Positions 26,236 to 37,964 of a stretch of DNA of 64,000 bases are shown piece after piece. The notes beneath the pieces were generated by a model. That model was not told the DNA's origin, ran no database searches, and worked only from the letters and a program-made list of their open reading frames with translations. The position numbers were made by a program, and so were the translations under genes. Positions within the stretch are counted from its first letter, which is position 1. The number at the start of each line of letters is the position of its first letter. Source of the stretch: Octopus vulgaris (taxonomy: Eukaryota). The stretch lies in NCBI GenBank assembly GCA_951406725.2, contig OX597817.1, positions 66,340,001-66,404,000 of the forward strand, read 5' to 3'.

Positions 26236-26685
26236 ATTCTTTTCTACTCAAGGCACAAGGCCCGAAATTTTTGGGAAGGGAGTCAGTCGATTAAATCGAC
26301 ACTAGTACGCAACTGGTACATTAATATTCTTTTCTACTCTAGGCACAAGGCCCCAGTACGCAACTGGTGCTTAATTTATCGACCCCGAAAGGATGAAAGG
26401 CAAAGTCGATCTCGGCGGAATTTGAATCCAGAACGTAAAGACAGACAAAATACCTATTTCTTTACTACCCACAAGGGGCTAAACACAGAGAGGACAAACA
26501 AGGACAGACAAACGGATTAAGTCGATTATATCGACCCCAGTGCGTAACTAGTCCTAAATTTATCGACCCCGAAAGGATGAAAGGCAAAGTCGACCTCGGC
26601 GGAATTTGAACTCAGAACGTAGCGGCAGACAAAATTCGGCTACGCATTTCACCCGGCGTGCTAACGTTTCTGCCAGCTCGCCGCC
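26236..26685 (-). mobile_element. SINE family A, composite copy
   Basis: Reverse complement of the family A consensus; imperfect flanking repeat cagtgaaccatgatatt / cagtgagcctggatatt. Confidence 0.88.
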
Positions 26686-27189
26686 TTCAGTGAGCCTGGA
26701 TATTGTAAATATAACCAACACTGAACTGCGACTTCATATACAGAAAAATTGATAGTAATTTTGTTAATATACACAAAAATTAACAGCAAATCCGACCATT
26801 GAAAATACAATACTAGTAACAAATTGGTAAATAATATAACTGTATTCAACGCTCTAACATAACTAAACGACATTGGAAATCCATCAATAAAAAGAATAGT
26901 AATGGACAACGATCTCATAAAAATAATACAAAAACATAAAAAAACGTTTAGCAACCAATCAATGAGAACGATAGCCATAGACTTAACAAATCCACTCCAA
27001 TGTATATTAAATAAGCACAATAAAAAAAAATCAACAGAAACACAGTTCTTATTCGAAAATAGCAGTGGTGTGAAACTGAATGCTGTGAGAAATAGAATTA
27101 TGTACATCTATCTATCTATCTATCTGTCTGTCTGTCTGTCTGTCTGTCTGCCTGCCTGTCTGTCTGCATATGTGTGTGTGCATGTGTGC

Positions 27190-27231
<42 letters not shown>

Positions 27232-27319
27232 TTGCATGCAGGATAATATCTATTTCCTAGCTAACGATGGTGACATACTGCTTGACGAAGTCTAATGCTT
27301 TTAGAAGCAAAGGCCTAGA

Positions 27320-27790
27320 TATTTTGACGAGTAAAAATCGACAATATCAGACTGCGTAAATTTGCAGTTATTCTTATGGCTAATCCCTTTGAACCAATCT
27401 ATCACTGACTTGCTATTTTTCCATATCCGTAAATTTAATTCACTATTGAACTTGTTTAAAATACACTCTAAAATATATTTGCTAATAATGCCTATTTCAG
27501 TTTTAGCTGGGTTAATTAGTCTACATTCAGGGTTTCTGTTGAAATTAGCTTTGTGGTCTTTTAGGGTAATAAAGGGTTGACGTGGGGTGAGGTATTCTAT
27601 CCTGTCACAAACTTTCAGGTTGTTAGCAATTCTTCTTGCCTCTAAATTCACCTCTTTATATGAATTTGTGTTATCTTTTTGTAGGGGGTCTGTGATGCTG
27701 TTCGAAAGTAGACGTTTATACACATCTTTGTCAATCATGTATAAGTTTTTTTGTTTTGTCGGAGTTTACAAAGATCTTATCCGAGTTCTT
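27320..27790 (-). pseudogene. Penelope-like element RT N-terminal fragment (different PLE family from 31012)
   Basis: PFITLKDHKANFNRNPECRLINPAKTEIGIISKYILE..WKNSKSVIDWFKGI..KFTQSDIVDFYSS, a PLE RT region ending at the D-x-x-x-F-Y motif. Confidence 0.8.
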
Positions 27791-27960
27791 TATGTCTCTA
27801 ATTTTTTCCTTCATATCTCTCTGGAGTTGATTGTTGAATTTGCGGAATCTAATTTGTATTTGCGCACATATTTATTTGTATATTTGTATGCGTGTGTATT
27901 TGTATGTATGTTTGTATTTATGTAGATATACATGTATTTTTATGCGTGCGATTTTATATT

Positions 27961-28941
27961 TGTACGTTTCGCAAGCTGAACGAAGTCTGCATATGTGTGT
28001 GTGCATGAAGTGGATTCGATCCACCACAGCCAAATTTAAATTAACACTGCAACAGAACTTTTCCTACGGTGGAACAATGGTTTTTCTCTGACAGCAGTTT
28101 TACATTTTCCAGATGCCTTTAGCTAGGCCGAAATAATGTCTTCACCACTTGACCCTTTCTAACCTCTTCTACTTCACCAAAAGCTAGAATAGAGATAACA
28201 AGACCACCAACTAAATCTATTGTTCTCAATGATATATCTATCCTTCTTGATAGTTATATAAATCAGCACATCCCAAGCAAAAATCAGTTAGTCATAGTCG
28301 TGACGACTCAACGGAGTTTGGCACAGTCGTGACAACTCAACGGAGTTAGTCACCAGTCGGTGACGACTCAACGAGATATGGCTGACCAGCCTTGGTCAGA
28401 GGGAGAAATGAAGTTTACTGTCAGTAACACGTGAGACAAAGTTCTATACCCTACAATTCTCACTAGCTCTAATTTTGTTCTCTTACTTCGCATGCTTTTC
28501 GACATATCAAAATCTGCTCGTCGAGGCAAGGTATGTGTAACGTAACGGTAAATAAATACTTTAAGGCAGCGAGCTGGCAGAAACGTTAGCCGTTACGTTC
28601 TGAGTTCAAATTCCGCCGAGGTCAACTTTGCCTTTCGTCCTTTCGGGGTCGATTAAATAAGTAACAGTTACGCACTGGGATCGTTATAATCGACTTAATC
28701 CGTTTGTCTGTCCTTGTTTGTCCTCTGTGTATTTAGCCCCTTGTGGGCAGTAAAGAAATAGGTAAATAAATACTTTCTTAAAATTTCATGCATTGTTCAT
28801 CTTTCACATCTTAAAGTAAGCAATCATAACAACAAATAATTATCGTCTCACCCGCTGACAGCCGATATCATCTTAATATTGTTTACAAATCAATTTCTCC
28901 CGTTACAATAACCACACCAAAATAAAAACTCTACCGTTACA
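27961..28941 (+). mobile_element. LTR (second copy of the 18405 family) followed by a putative primer-binding site
   Basis: High similarity to 18425-19145; ends ccgttaca (28907, repeated at 28941), then at-TGGTGACCC; SINE A inserted at ~28565-28760 with TSD ggtaaataaatacttt; 5' boundary approximate. Confidence 0.72.
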
Positions 28942-29625
28942 ATTGGTGACCCTTGACTTCGGACTCCGAAGATACTTATTCGAACACCATCATTTCACTC
29001 TCTCTACCTCTATCTATTTTTCCCTTTCTCTAATTTTCTGTTTCTATTTCTTCTTTTCCCCTTTCATCTTCGTCCCCCACTGTTATTCTCTGACTTTTTT
29101 TCTTTTTCTTTATTTCGCCTGTAACAATAACTTGTATAAGCATACCACCAAGAGATTTTGTGCGCGTGCGTGTGCGTGCATACATACATATGCATTTGTA
29201 TATATTTATGTCTTGCCTAATATATGTCTTTATATGTATGTAACCATGTACCTGCGTTTGTATGTTTTGTGTATATACGTATATTATAGATTGTTTGGTA
29301 TGTGTATATATTGCTAAATGTATATGTTATCTAGCGTGGAAAATTTTTAAACGGATGTATCTTTTAATTTATTATTATTTTTACAACTAATTATTTACCC
29401 TGGGTATTCAGGCCTTTTTCCTTCTTCATAAGCTATTTTTGATTTAAGGTTTTCATCGATTCTTATAATAATATGATTTTTTAAAACAGCAATTTGTTAT
29501 TTCATGCAACCGATTATTGAAAAGACCGTTAGTTGAAAGGACCAATGAAACAAAACCATTTTCAAATTGTATCCATCAAAGTAATTGTATTTCTGCATAT
29601 AACTTTATCTTCCTCCATTCTAAAC

Positions 29626-29671
29626 AAAACTGTCCGACGAACGGGAACGTGAAACTCTGAGTAACAGATTT
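29626..29671 (+). ncRNA. Minimal type I hammerhead-like motif (U4C core variant)
   Basis: aaaactgt CCGACGA acg-ggaa-cgt GAAA ctctgag TA acagattt; GUA triplet; paralog at 33767. Confidence 0.55.
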
Positions 29672-30659
29672 TGCGATATTTTTGCTGCTTTTAATAAAGT
29701 ATACACACACACACATATGCATATATGGGTACAGGACGTCATCAACTGTGTAAACAACATGAAGTACGAAAACAAACGAGTTAAATACGCAAACGAGAGG
29801 AAAAATAGAAAACAGGACAAGTAACACGGAGAACGACCCTTCATCAGTTGTCGGCTGTCTATCTACTCCTCATTTCAAGCATTCAACGACAATATGAGTT
29901 TTCGAAGATATTGCTCCCATAAATTCCCAAATAAAATTTTCGATGTATGGGGAGGAGGGGTGTCAAGGTTGAGAACAAAAGCAGGACAGTGGAGATACAC
30001 AAATAAACCGAACGAAAACAAACATGGAGAGTCGTTAGACCAGAACGAGAGGAAAAAGTGAACGCTAGGAGAAACATTTTCTTAGAAAAGAGAAAAGATA
30101 GAAGATAGCTAGTTAGCTAGATAGATAGATAAATAGATAGATAGAAAGAAAGAAATAGAAGGGAGAGATAGATGGAAGACATCCAGTCCTTAGAATTATC
30201 GTGCAAGAAAAGAAAATGGTCACGTGAAGCTTTTGACAGAGGAGCTTTTATCCGAGGGGCTTTCGTCCTACAAGGTCTTTTGTCCTAGGGGGCTTTTGTC
30301 CAGATCCCTGTTTTTACACCTTTTTACCATAAAAAAAATTCTCTACGATAATTGCAGTGAATTTGCCTTTTATTAGTTGAAATATGTCATGAACACATTT
30401 TAACTAACCGAAACCTATAATTAGATAAAGATATATGCTAAGTTTAGGTTAGTTAAAATGTGATAGTTATGGCCGGACTATCTTTAATTACTCTACTGCT
30501 CTATAACTTAGGGTGTGCTTCTCTTTTGGATTTATAATTTATTGATATATAATATATATATTTTAATATATATATATATGAAGTGCAAGCGAGTACGTAT
30601 ACAAATCGTCAACATGCTAGAAAAAAGATGACAATGTCTAAAATCTAACTTATGATATC

Positions 30660-30690
<31 letters not shown>

Positions 30691-30788
30691 GTTCATAGAT
30701 GAGAATCGGATATTCTTCGTATAGAATACACCTAGTAGTGTTGGAGAGGTTTAAACTGGAGCGGGTAGAGGGATACATGTAAGGATAA

Positions 30789-30920
30789 GCAAGTTTAGCA
30801 GGTCGATATACAAATAATATTTAATATAGTAAATACAAAAAATATATAAATAAATGTATATATTCATTTTTTGTATTTAATGTATTAAATATTCTTTGTA
30901 TATCGACCTGCCTAACTTGC
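30789..30920. repeat. Short inverted repeat (MITE-like hairpin)
   Basis: gcaagtttagcaggtcgatatacaaataatatttaata / tattaaatattctttgtatatcgacctgcctaacttgc. Confidence 0.7.
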
Positions 30921-30928
30921 TAAATTTA

Positions 30929-31011
<83 letters not shown>

Positions 31012-31015
<4 letters not shown>

Positions 31016-32727
31016 AAAGCCTCTATACTGTTATCCCTCACCACGAAGGACTGCAGGCCCTTCGACACTTTCTTGACCTCCGCTCTAACCCTGTACCTGA
31101 CACCTCCACACTCATTCGTCTGGCCGAACTTGTCCTTACTCTGAACTGCTTCTCGTTCGCGGGCGAGTTCTACCATCAGATCTCGGGAGTGGCCATGGGA
31201 ACACGAATGGGCCCCAACTATGCGAACCTGTTCGTTGGCTATGTTGAGGCCCAAATATTCTCTAATTTCACTGGTCCCACTCCTGAACTATATGGTCGTT
31301 ATATTGACGACATTATCGGTGCCACCTCACTCTCCCGCGAACATCTAGATTCCTTCCTCTCTTTCGTCCAATCTTTCCATCCAGCTCTCCACTTCACTTC
31401 CACTATCTCCAACACCTCTGTCTCCTTCCTCGACATTTCGGTTAGCATTCTTCACTCCACTCTTACCACCTCCATTCACTACAAACACACAGACTCACAC
31501 TCATACCTCAACTTCTCTTCCTCCCACCCAGAACACACCAAGCTTTCCATCCCCTATTCCCAATTCCTCCGTCTACGTAGGCTCTGTAGTGACGACCATG
31601 ACTTTGAGACTCAGTCTCAACGTATGGCTCACCACTTCACCCTACGTGGATACCCCCTCACCACTATCCACACCGCCCTTGCCAGAGCACGGTCCGTGGA
31701 CCGTGTATCTGCTCTCTCTCCCCGAACCCGCCCTGTAGTCTCTCGCCTCCCTTTTCCCCTCACTTACCACCCCACGACCCTACGTCTCCAACGCACCATT
31801 CTTCGAGCTTTCCGTCATCTCCAGTCCGACCCGTCCACTTCACACCTCTTCCCTAACCGACCCCTCCCCTCTTTCAAACGAGCCCACAACCTTCGAGACC
31901 TTTTGGTCCATAGCTCCTTCCCTGACCCTACCTCCCAACCCGGCTCGTTCCCCTGCTCCCGCCCACGTTGCCGCACTTGCCCTTACCTCTCCAACACCAC
32001 CCGCCTCACTAGCACCCACCATCGACCCTATCCCATCATCCACTCCTTCACCTGCACCTCCAGCAATATTATCTATTGCATCTCTTGCTCTCTCTGCAAT
32101 TCCTTGTACATCGGACAAACGGGACGCCGCTTGGCTGACCGGTTCGCGGAACACCTTCGTGACATCCACCTTGCGAACGACATACCGGTCTCACGCCATT
32201 TCCGCTCCACCGGTCACTCCTTGCAACACCTATCTGTGTTCGGTTTGTCCTTACACAGAGGCCATCCGGATTCCCGTTTGCGCCGTGAACAGGAATTAAT
32301 CTTCTCTCTTCGCTCTTATACGCCATTTGGTCTCAACTCTCCCCCTCCTCATCTAACCCCCCTCTCCCCCCTCCTCACCTATCCTTTCTCCCCCCGACCC
32401 CTACTTCTTCAGTCCTTCATCCTTTCACCCTACTCCCCTTCCCTTCTTCCCTCTTTCTCCCTCCCTCTTCCCCTTCCCTCTGCTCCCTCACTCCCTCTCT
32501 CCCCTTCTCTCTCCCCCTCTCCCTCTTTCCTCCTTCATCCCCCTCCTCCCCTTCCTTCTCCCCATCCTCTCCACTTCCCCCTTCTCCTCCCCCTCTTCTT
32601 CCCCTCCCCTTCTCCCCCCTCTTCTCCCCCTCCCCCTCTTCTCCCCCCCCTCTTCTCCTCACTACACCACATGACTTTACACATCACATCACATATGATG
32701 TGCCATACTAATACACACACCAACTAA
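31012..32727 (+). CDS. Penelope-like element ORF, 5'-truncated: reverse transcriptase plus GIY-YIG endonuclease
   Basis: Open frame from IQSLYTVIPHHEGL through QISGVAMGTRMGPNYANLF, YGRYIDDII, FLDISV, YKHTDSHSYL, IPYSQFLRLRRLCS, CSRPRCRTC and NIIYCISCSLCNSLYIGQTGRRLADRFAEH to GLN (~32340), then reads into a C/T tract; lacks its native start. Confidence 0.9.
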
Positions 32728-32922
32728 TACATACTAATACGTACTAATACATACTAGTACATACTATTACTTACACCAACCCTATACATACACACGTCCA
32801 GACCCCGCATACGCACTTATACTCTCTCACACACACACACACACACCTATACATACCAATACATACTAATACATACACCAACCCCATACATACGCACGTC
32901 CAGACCAACCTACGCACTAATA

Positions 32923-32967
<45 letters not shown>

Positions 32968-33030
32968 CCTTATACATACTAATACATACACCAACCCTAT
33001 ACATACACACATCCAGACCCCTCCCACGCA
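32690..33030 (+). repeat. Tandem repeats in the PLE 3' region ((catactaata)n and three ~105-bp units)
   Basis: caccaaccctatacatacacacgtccagacc-like unit recurs at ~32774, ~32877 and ~32989. Confidence 0.75.
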
Positions 33031-33203
33031 CTTTTAGCTGGTCCCTCAACCCTTTTATCAACCCTATTATCTCCCCTTATTTCGCTCTCGCGTCTCATGT
33101 TTGATCTTTGACCTCTGGCCGAAATCAGATCGCCATGTTGATTCGTTAGCTACTGCACGCATTTTTTTTCTCTCCTTCTTTCTGTGTTTTCTCTCTCTGT
33201 GTA

Positions 33204-33241
33204 TCTTTCTGTTGAAGAGCGTAGGCTCGAAACGTTAAAGA
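33204..33241 (+). ncRNA. Minimal type I hammerhead-like motif in the PLE terminal repeat (A6U variant)
   Basis: tcttt CTGTTGA a gagc-gtag-gctc GAAA cg TT aaaga; 5-bp stem I, 4-bp stem II, CG palindromic stem III; same strand as and downstream of the PLE ORF. Confidence 0.62.
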
Positions 33242-33338
33242 CTTGTTTTATTTATATTTCCTGAGCGTCATACTAATACAATTGTTCGTTTGTTTTCCAC
33301 CTGCCTTCGTCTTTTGTTTATTTTCATAAAGCTTCCCG

Positions 33339-33400
<62 letters not shown>

Positions 33401-33766
33401 GCCGGGTTGCCAGCTTGCACGATATGGCAAGTGGGCCCATGTGCCATCCATATATGGTGGGTAGGGGGCATGTTAGTATCTAAGGGGACCATTCCCTCAA
33501 GTATGAGACTATTTTATTCACCCCTGGAAGAATGCATTATTTCAGCTTGGCTGTATTTGTAGACCACTGAAAAGAATACTTTTAACAAAAAAAAAAAATA
33601 AATAATAATAAATAAATAAATAAAGTTGCGGGCGGACCTCCTTAGTCTCCTGGGAACCAATATTTTAAGACCCAGTCCGCCACTGTTTTCACGTTCCCGT
33701 TCGTCGGGCAGTTTTATTTAGAATTTGCCTTTTAGCAGTTGAAATGTCACAAGCACATTTCTAAAC

Positions 33767-33812
33767 AAAACTGTCAGACGAACAGGAACGTGAAACTCAG
33801 AGTAACAGTTTT
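33767..33812 (+). ncRNA. Minimal type I hammerhead-like motif (U4A variant), paralog of 29626
   Basis: aaaactgt CAGACGA aca-ggaa-cgt GAAA ctcagag TA acagtttt; perfect 8-bp stem I; partial inverted copy at 33687-33723. Confidence 0.5.
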
Positions 33813-33910
33813 TGTGATATTTTTGCTGCTTTTTAATAAACCATATTGCTCTACCTCTGGTATTCAAGTACTATGTTTCCCATCTTGCTTCGCATTTAAG
33901 TACTTACTTT

Positions 33911-33911
<1 letters not shown>

Positions 33912-34006
<95 letters not shown>

Positions 34007-34016
34007 TGTATGTATG

Positions 34017-34092
<76 letters not shown>
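33912..34092. repeat. (TA)n/(TATG)n microsatellite
   Basis: Directly visible. Confidence 0.95.
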
Positions 34093-34094
<2 letters not shown>

Positions 34095-34602
34095 GTCAAT
34101 CCTCGAGTATAGTTCGCCCTTGAGTATAACACGCAGGGGAGTTTTAGGGGACTGTACCTCTGAAAAACTTAAACCTTCTGTATAATACGCACCCCTTCTC
34201 TAACTTGAGTCAAGGAGGTCTATATAACGTCCTTGATTTGTAAAACTGTATACGGTAACGTCGTTTATTATTATTGTATATATAACATAAAGCAAACGTG
34301 TAGCTTTTTTGTGCATTATGTTTGCAGAAAATAAAGATCAGTAATAACAGTAACAACGTTTAGTAAATGTTGCAAGTTATAGATGATTCTTTTATGACTT
34401 CATTGCTTTCAGGCTTAGCGTAAGGTATTTTCGTTCCCGACATCACAAAATGCGTCTGAATAAACATTGCCGGACAGCAAATAGAGACTTGGACATTGCT
34501 TAAAAAATATTTTTCATTTTTAACCTCGTATATAGTACGCACTAGGCATTTTGACCTTTAAATTTTGGAGAAAAAATGCGGATTATACTCGAGGATTTAC
34601 GG
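34093..34602. mobile_element. Tc1/mariner-superfamily (pogo-like) MITE
   Basis: TIRs ccgtcaatcctcgagtatagttcgc / gcggattatactcgaggatttacgg, flanked by TA on both sides. Confidence 0.85.
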
Positions 34603-34713
34603 TATATAAATTATTATTTTAAATTTAAATTTATATACAAACATACATACAAACATACACACACACACATATATATATAGGGGAGAATTCACAAAACAAA
34701 GACGAAGACAGGT

Positions 34714-34775
<62 letters not shown>

Positions 34776-36039
34776 TATATCACCGTGGTCACCGTGACCG
34801 ACCAGGCTATCAGATGTTGTTACACATCGCTGGTCGCAATGTGCTTCGCATTGTTTTAGCCCTTCAAATGACGCCACCCCGCTGGCTAAGCGAGTAGGCC
34901 ATATATATATATACATATACACACACACGCGCATATGTATGTATGTGTGTATATTTGCGTTTGTGTTTATCCAGCCACCGCTTCACAGCCGATGTTACTT
35001 TGTTTACGTCCCCATGAGCTAGCGTTTCAGAAAAACGGAGACTAGTCGAGTAAGTATCAGGCTTTAAAAAGGTAAGTAGATTTGTTCGGTGAAACCCTTC
35101 AGGGCAGTGTCTTAAGATGGCCGCAGTCGAATGACTGAAACAAGTTATGAGGTAAAAAAGAAAAATAGAAGGAAAGTCAAAGAAAAGTGTAAAAAATTAC
35201 ATAACACAAGTTAAACGGGTGAGTTTGATAGAATGGTATGGAAGTCTTTCTTCAAGTATGTAAAAAAAAGCGCGCGTATATGCAAAAAAGCGCGCGCATA
35301 TGCGCATGCATACACTACGCAGGTGTGCACGCACTCAATACAGAGTCATATTACACAACGGTAGTAAAATGAGCGGGAAAAATAGTACCCGTTATCAGAA
35401 TCAGTGTATAGGTGATTTGATGTAGTCAAAATGAACACAAACTGTTTGAAAACAAGTTTTTACACAGATATATCACTTGTTTCGATAGTTTATTATTTTG
35501 GGATGGAAACATACTCCAGCAAAAGAAAATATAAAACGATGGTTAGTTAGCACAAGTTTCATGTTGCGTGTGTTCGTACTTGAGCAGTTAGCTGGCACGT
35601 TTCTTGTAAGTATGAACCAGGGTAGATCATTCTAGGAGGAAGTAATAAAGGGAGGTAACTAGATCATGTGTGTATGCACACGAAGAAACGTTTTCTTTTT
35701 GGGGAGTGGGTAAGTCGATTACGTCAGCCTCAGTACTCGATTGGTATTTATTTTATGGACATCCATCAAAAGGACGAAAAGCAAAGTCACTCTCAGCTGG
35801 AAGAAATACTGCTGAGAATTTTGTCCGGTGTGCTAACGACTCTGCCAGCTGGCCGCCTTTGTACATACTAAGAATAAAGTTGAAATATTCGCGTGTGTAT
35901 GCGCGCGCGCGTAGTATGTCTGAGTGTGTGTATACTTTATTCGATATACCTATATGTGTACACGCGCACGCACACACTCGCGCGTGCACACACACATGCA
36001 CTAAGATAGCATATAAACGTACACATAGTGTAGCATATA

Positions 36040-36378
36040 AAGGGTAAAGACCCCCTTCGGTCATGAATGACCATGGGATTGCACCTAAAAAGTTACCCTC
36101 CTAGACACAAGTCCGGGCAAGGTTGTTTATGGAAGGCCAGCAGTCGCCCATGCATACCAGCCTCCCCTCTCCACGTCACCAGTGTTATCCAAGGGAAAGG
36201 CAAAGGGCCCGATACAGCTTGGCACCAGTGACGTCGCAACTCATTTCTACAGCTGAGTGAACTGGAGCAACGTGAAATAAAGTGCCTTGCTCGAGAACAC
36301 AACACGCAGCCCGGTCCGGGATTCGAGCTCACAACCTCACGATCGTAAGCTCGACGCTCTAACCACTGAGCCATGTGC
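36040..36378 (-). mobile_element. tRNA-derived SINE family C with an RTE-related 3' part
   Basis: Head gcacaTGGCTCAGTGGttagagcgtcgagcttacgatcgtgaggttgtgaGCTCGAATCCc (Pol III A/B boxes); body ctcccctctccac..cttggcaccag resembles 47330-47400. Confidence 0.82.
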
Positions 36379-36539
36379 TCATATATATATAAACATACAT
36401 ATAAGAGTGTTCGAGCTGAATTTGACTGTTTGTATTAAAAAAAATAGGCAAAATCCCATCCAAATGTAAAAGTATTTTTAAAAAATCAAAGATTATTAAC
36501 TAGAGAGATTACAGCTGCTCTTAGCTTCCAACTCAGCCA

Positions 36540-36860
36540 CAAGATGGTTCTGGAACATGGTGCCTACTTTCCTCACTCTGTCCTTGTGAACATCTACCAC
36601 CTTCTTGAGCTTGGCCTTGGTGTTGCAGGAAGAGCAGTTGGGTGTTTTTCTCAATTGCACCCTACATAGAAACTTCTATGGGATTACTATCAGGGGAATT
36701 AGGAGGCCAGAAATAAGGTCTGGTGAAGTCGTAGAAATCCTCCAATAATCATTTCTAATGCTTTCTAAAGATATGACAAGGAGCCAAACCCTACTGCCAC
36801 CCATATGGCCTTCCAGCAACAAACTTCTCCAGGAGTATATTAGGGAGTATAACTCCAAAC
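36540..36860 (-). pseudogene. Highly degenerate non-LTR retrotransposon fragment (possibly RLE/R2-Hero-like CCHC region)
   Basis: Minus strand LRKTPNCSSCNTKAKL preceded by a W..IW..RISFL-like segment; weak, by-eye similarity. Confidence 0.35.
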
Positions 36861-37177
36861 TTACAGAGAAAAATTCAATTTAGTGTTAAATCAAATTTCA
36901 CAATACAAATATATAATATATAAATTAGAGAAAAAACACTATTATGCAATTCAAACAATACAGACACAAACCAAATAATAAATAAAAAATATTTTTCAAA
37001 ACATATAACTAGTATAAAAATGAATAATCAATATTATATGTTATATATTGATTATTCATTTTTATACTCTTTGTAATCTAGTTATATGCTTTAAAAATAT
37101 ATTTTATTTTTATTTATGATTTGCTTTATGTCTACCATTGTTTAAATTGCATAATAGTGGTTTTTCGCTCATTTATA

Positions 37178-37256
<79 letters not shown>

Positions 37257-37309
37257 GTTTAAATATTTGTTGTGCAAGATTTTTTATGTGAAGTCGTGTG
37301 TTGAAACAG

Positions 37310-37928
37310 ATATTGTTATATTTCGGAATGGTCATATTGCCAGTTTAGCCAATAAAAACACACGCACTATATATTTGGTGTTATTTTGCTTCAGTGATAT
37401 TTATTTTTTACATTAATCTTAATCTTATTTCGGCCAAAGTTCTTTCGTCACACTCCTGTGACCGCATCAGTGGTCCTTTGTTTTCTTCTCACTTATTTGT
37501 GTCTCTCCTTACTAACCGTCAGCCATTTTGTATTTCTATTGCATGTCTTCATTTGCGCATGCTTATATCTCTATGTGCGTCTATGTTTATTTAGTGTGTG
37601 TGTGTGGGGGATGCCTGTAATATTTGTATCTTCTGTTTATATACATTCTTGTAATTTGTATTTTGTTTTTGTTGTTGCTTTTGTTCTAATTTTGTTCATG
37701 TGTTTACATCCACCCATTATTATCATTACATATGCTTGTAAATAAGTGAGAAGAAAACAAAGGACCACTGATGCGGTCACAGGAGTGTGACGAAAGAACT
37801 TTGGCCGAAATAAGATTAAGATTAATGTAAAAAATAAATATCACTGAAGCAAAATAACACCAAATATATAGTGCGTGTGTTTTTATTGGCTAAACTGGCA
37901 ATATGACCATTCCGAAATATAACAATAT
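37310..37928. repeat. Perfect 189-bp inverted repeat (37310-37498 / 37740-37928) with ~240-bp spacer; inverted PLE-type terminal repeat
   Basis: Arms are exact reverse complements by eye; each arm carries a hammerhead-like motif. Confidence 0.9.
37762..37806 (+). ncRNA. Hammerhead-like motif (A9C variant); mirror copy on the minus strand at ~37432-37476
   Basis: ggacca CTGATGC g gtcaca-ggag-tgtgac GAAA gaac TT tggcc; 6-bp stem II, bulged stem I. Confidence 0.5.
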
Positions 37929-37964
37929 ATATATATATATATATATATTTTATTATATAGAAGG

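Noticed and set aside
29825-29860. Minus-strand CTGATGAAGGG, a hammerhead-like start
   Set aside because: No closing stem II or GAAA follows; at most a PLE terminal remnant.
36300-36378. tRNA-like sequence
   Set aside because: It is the head of a SINE; no acceptor stem closure, and it runs into the SINE body.
36505-36545. cagctg-TA palindromic stem III-like remnant
   Set aside because: GAAA is altered and the CUGANGA half is absent.
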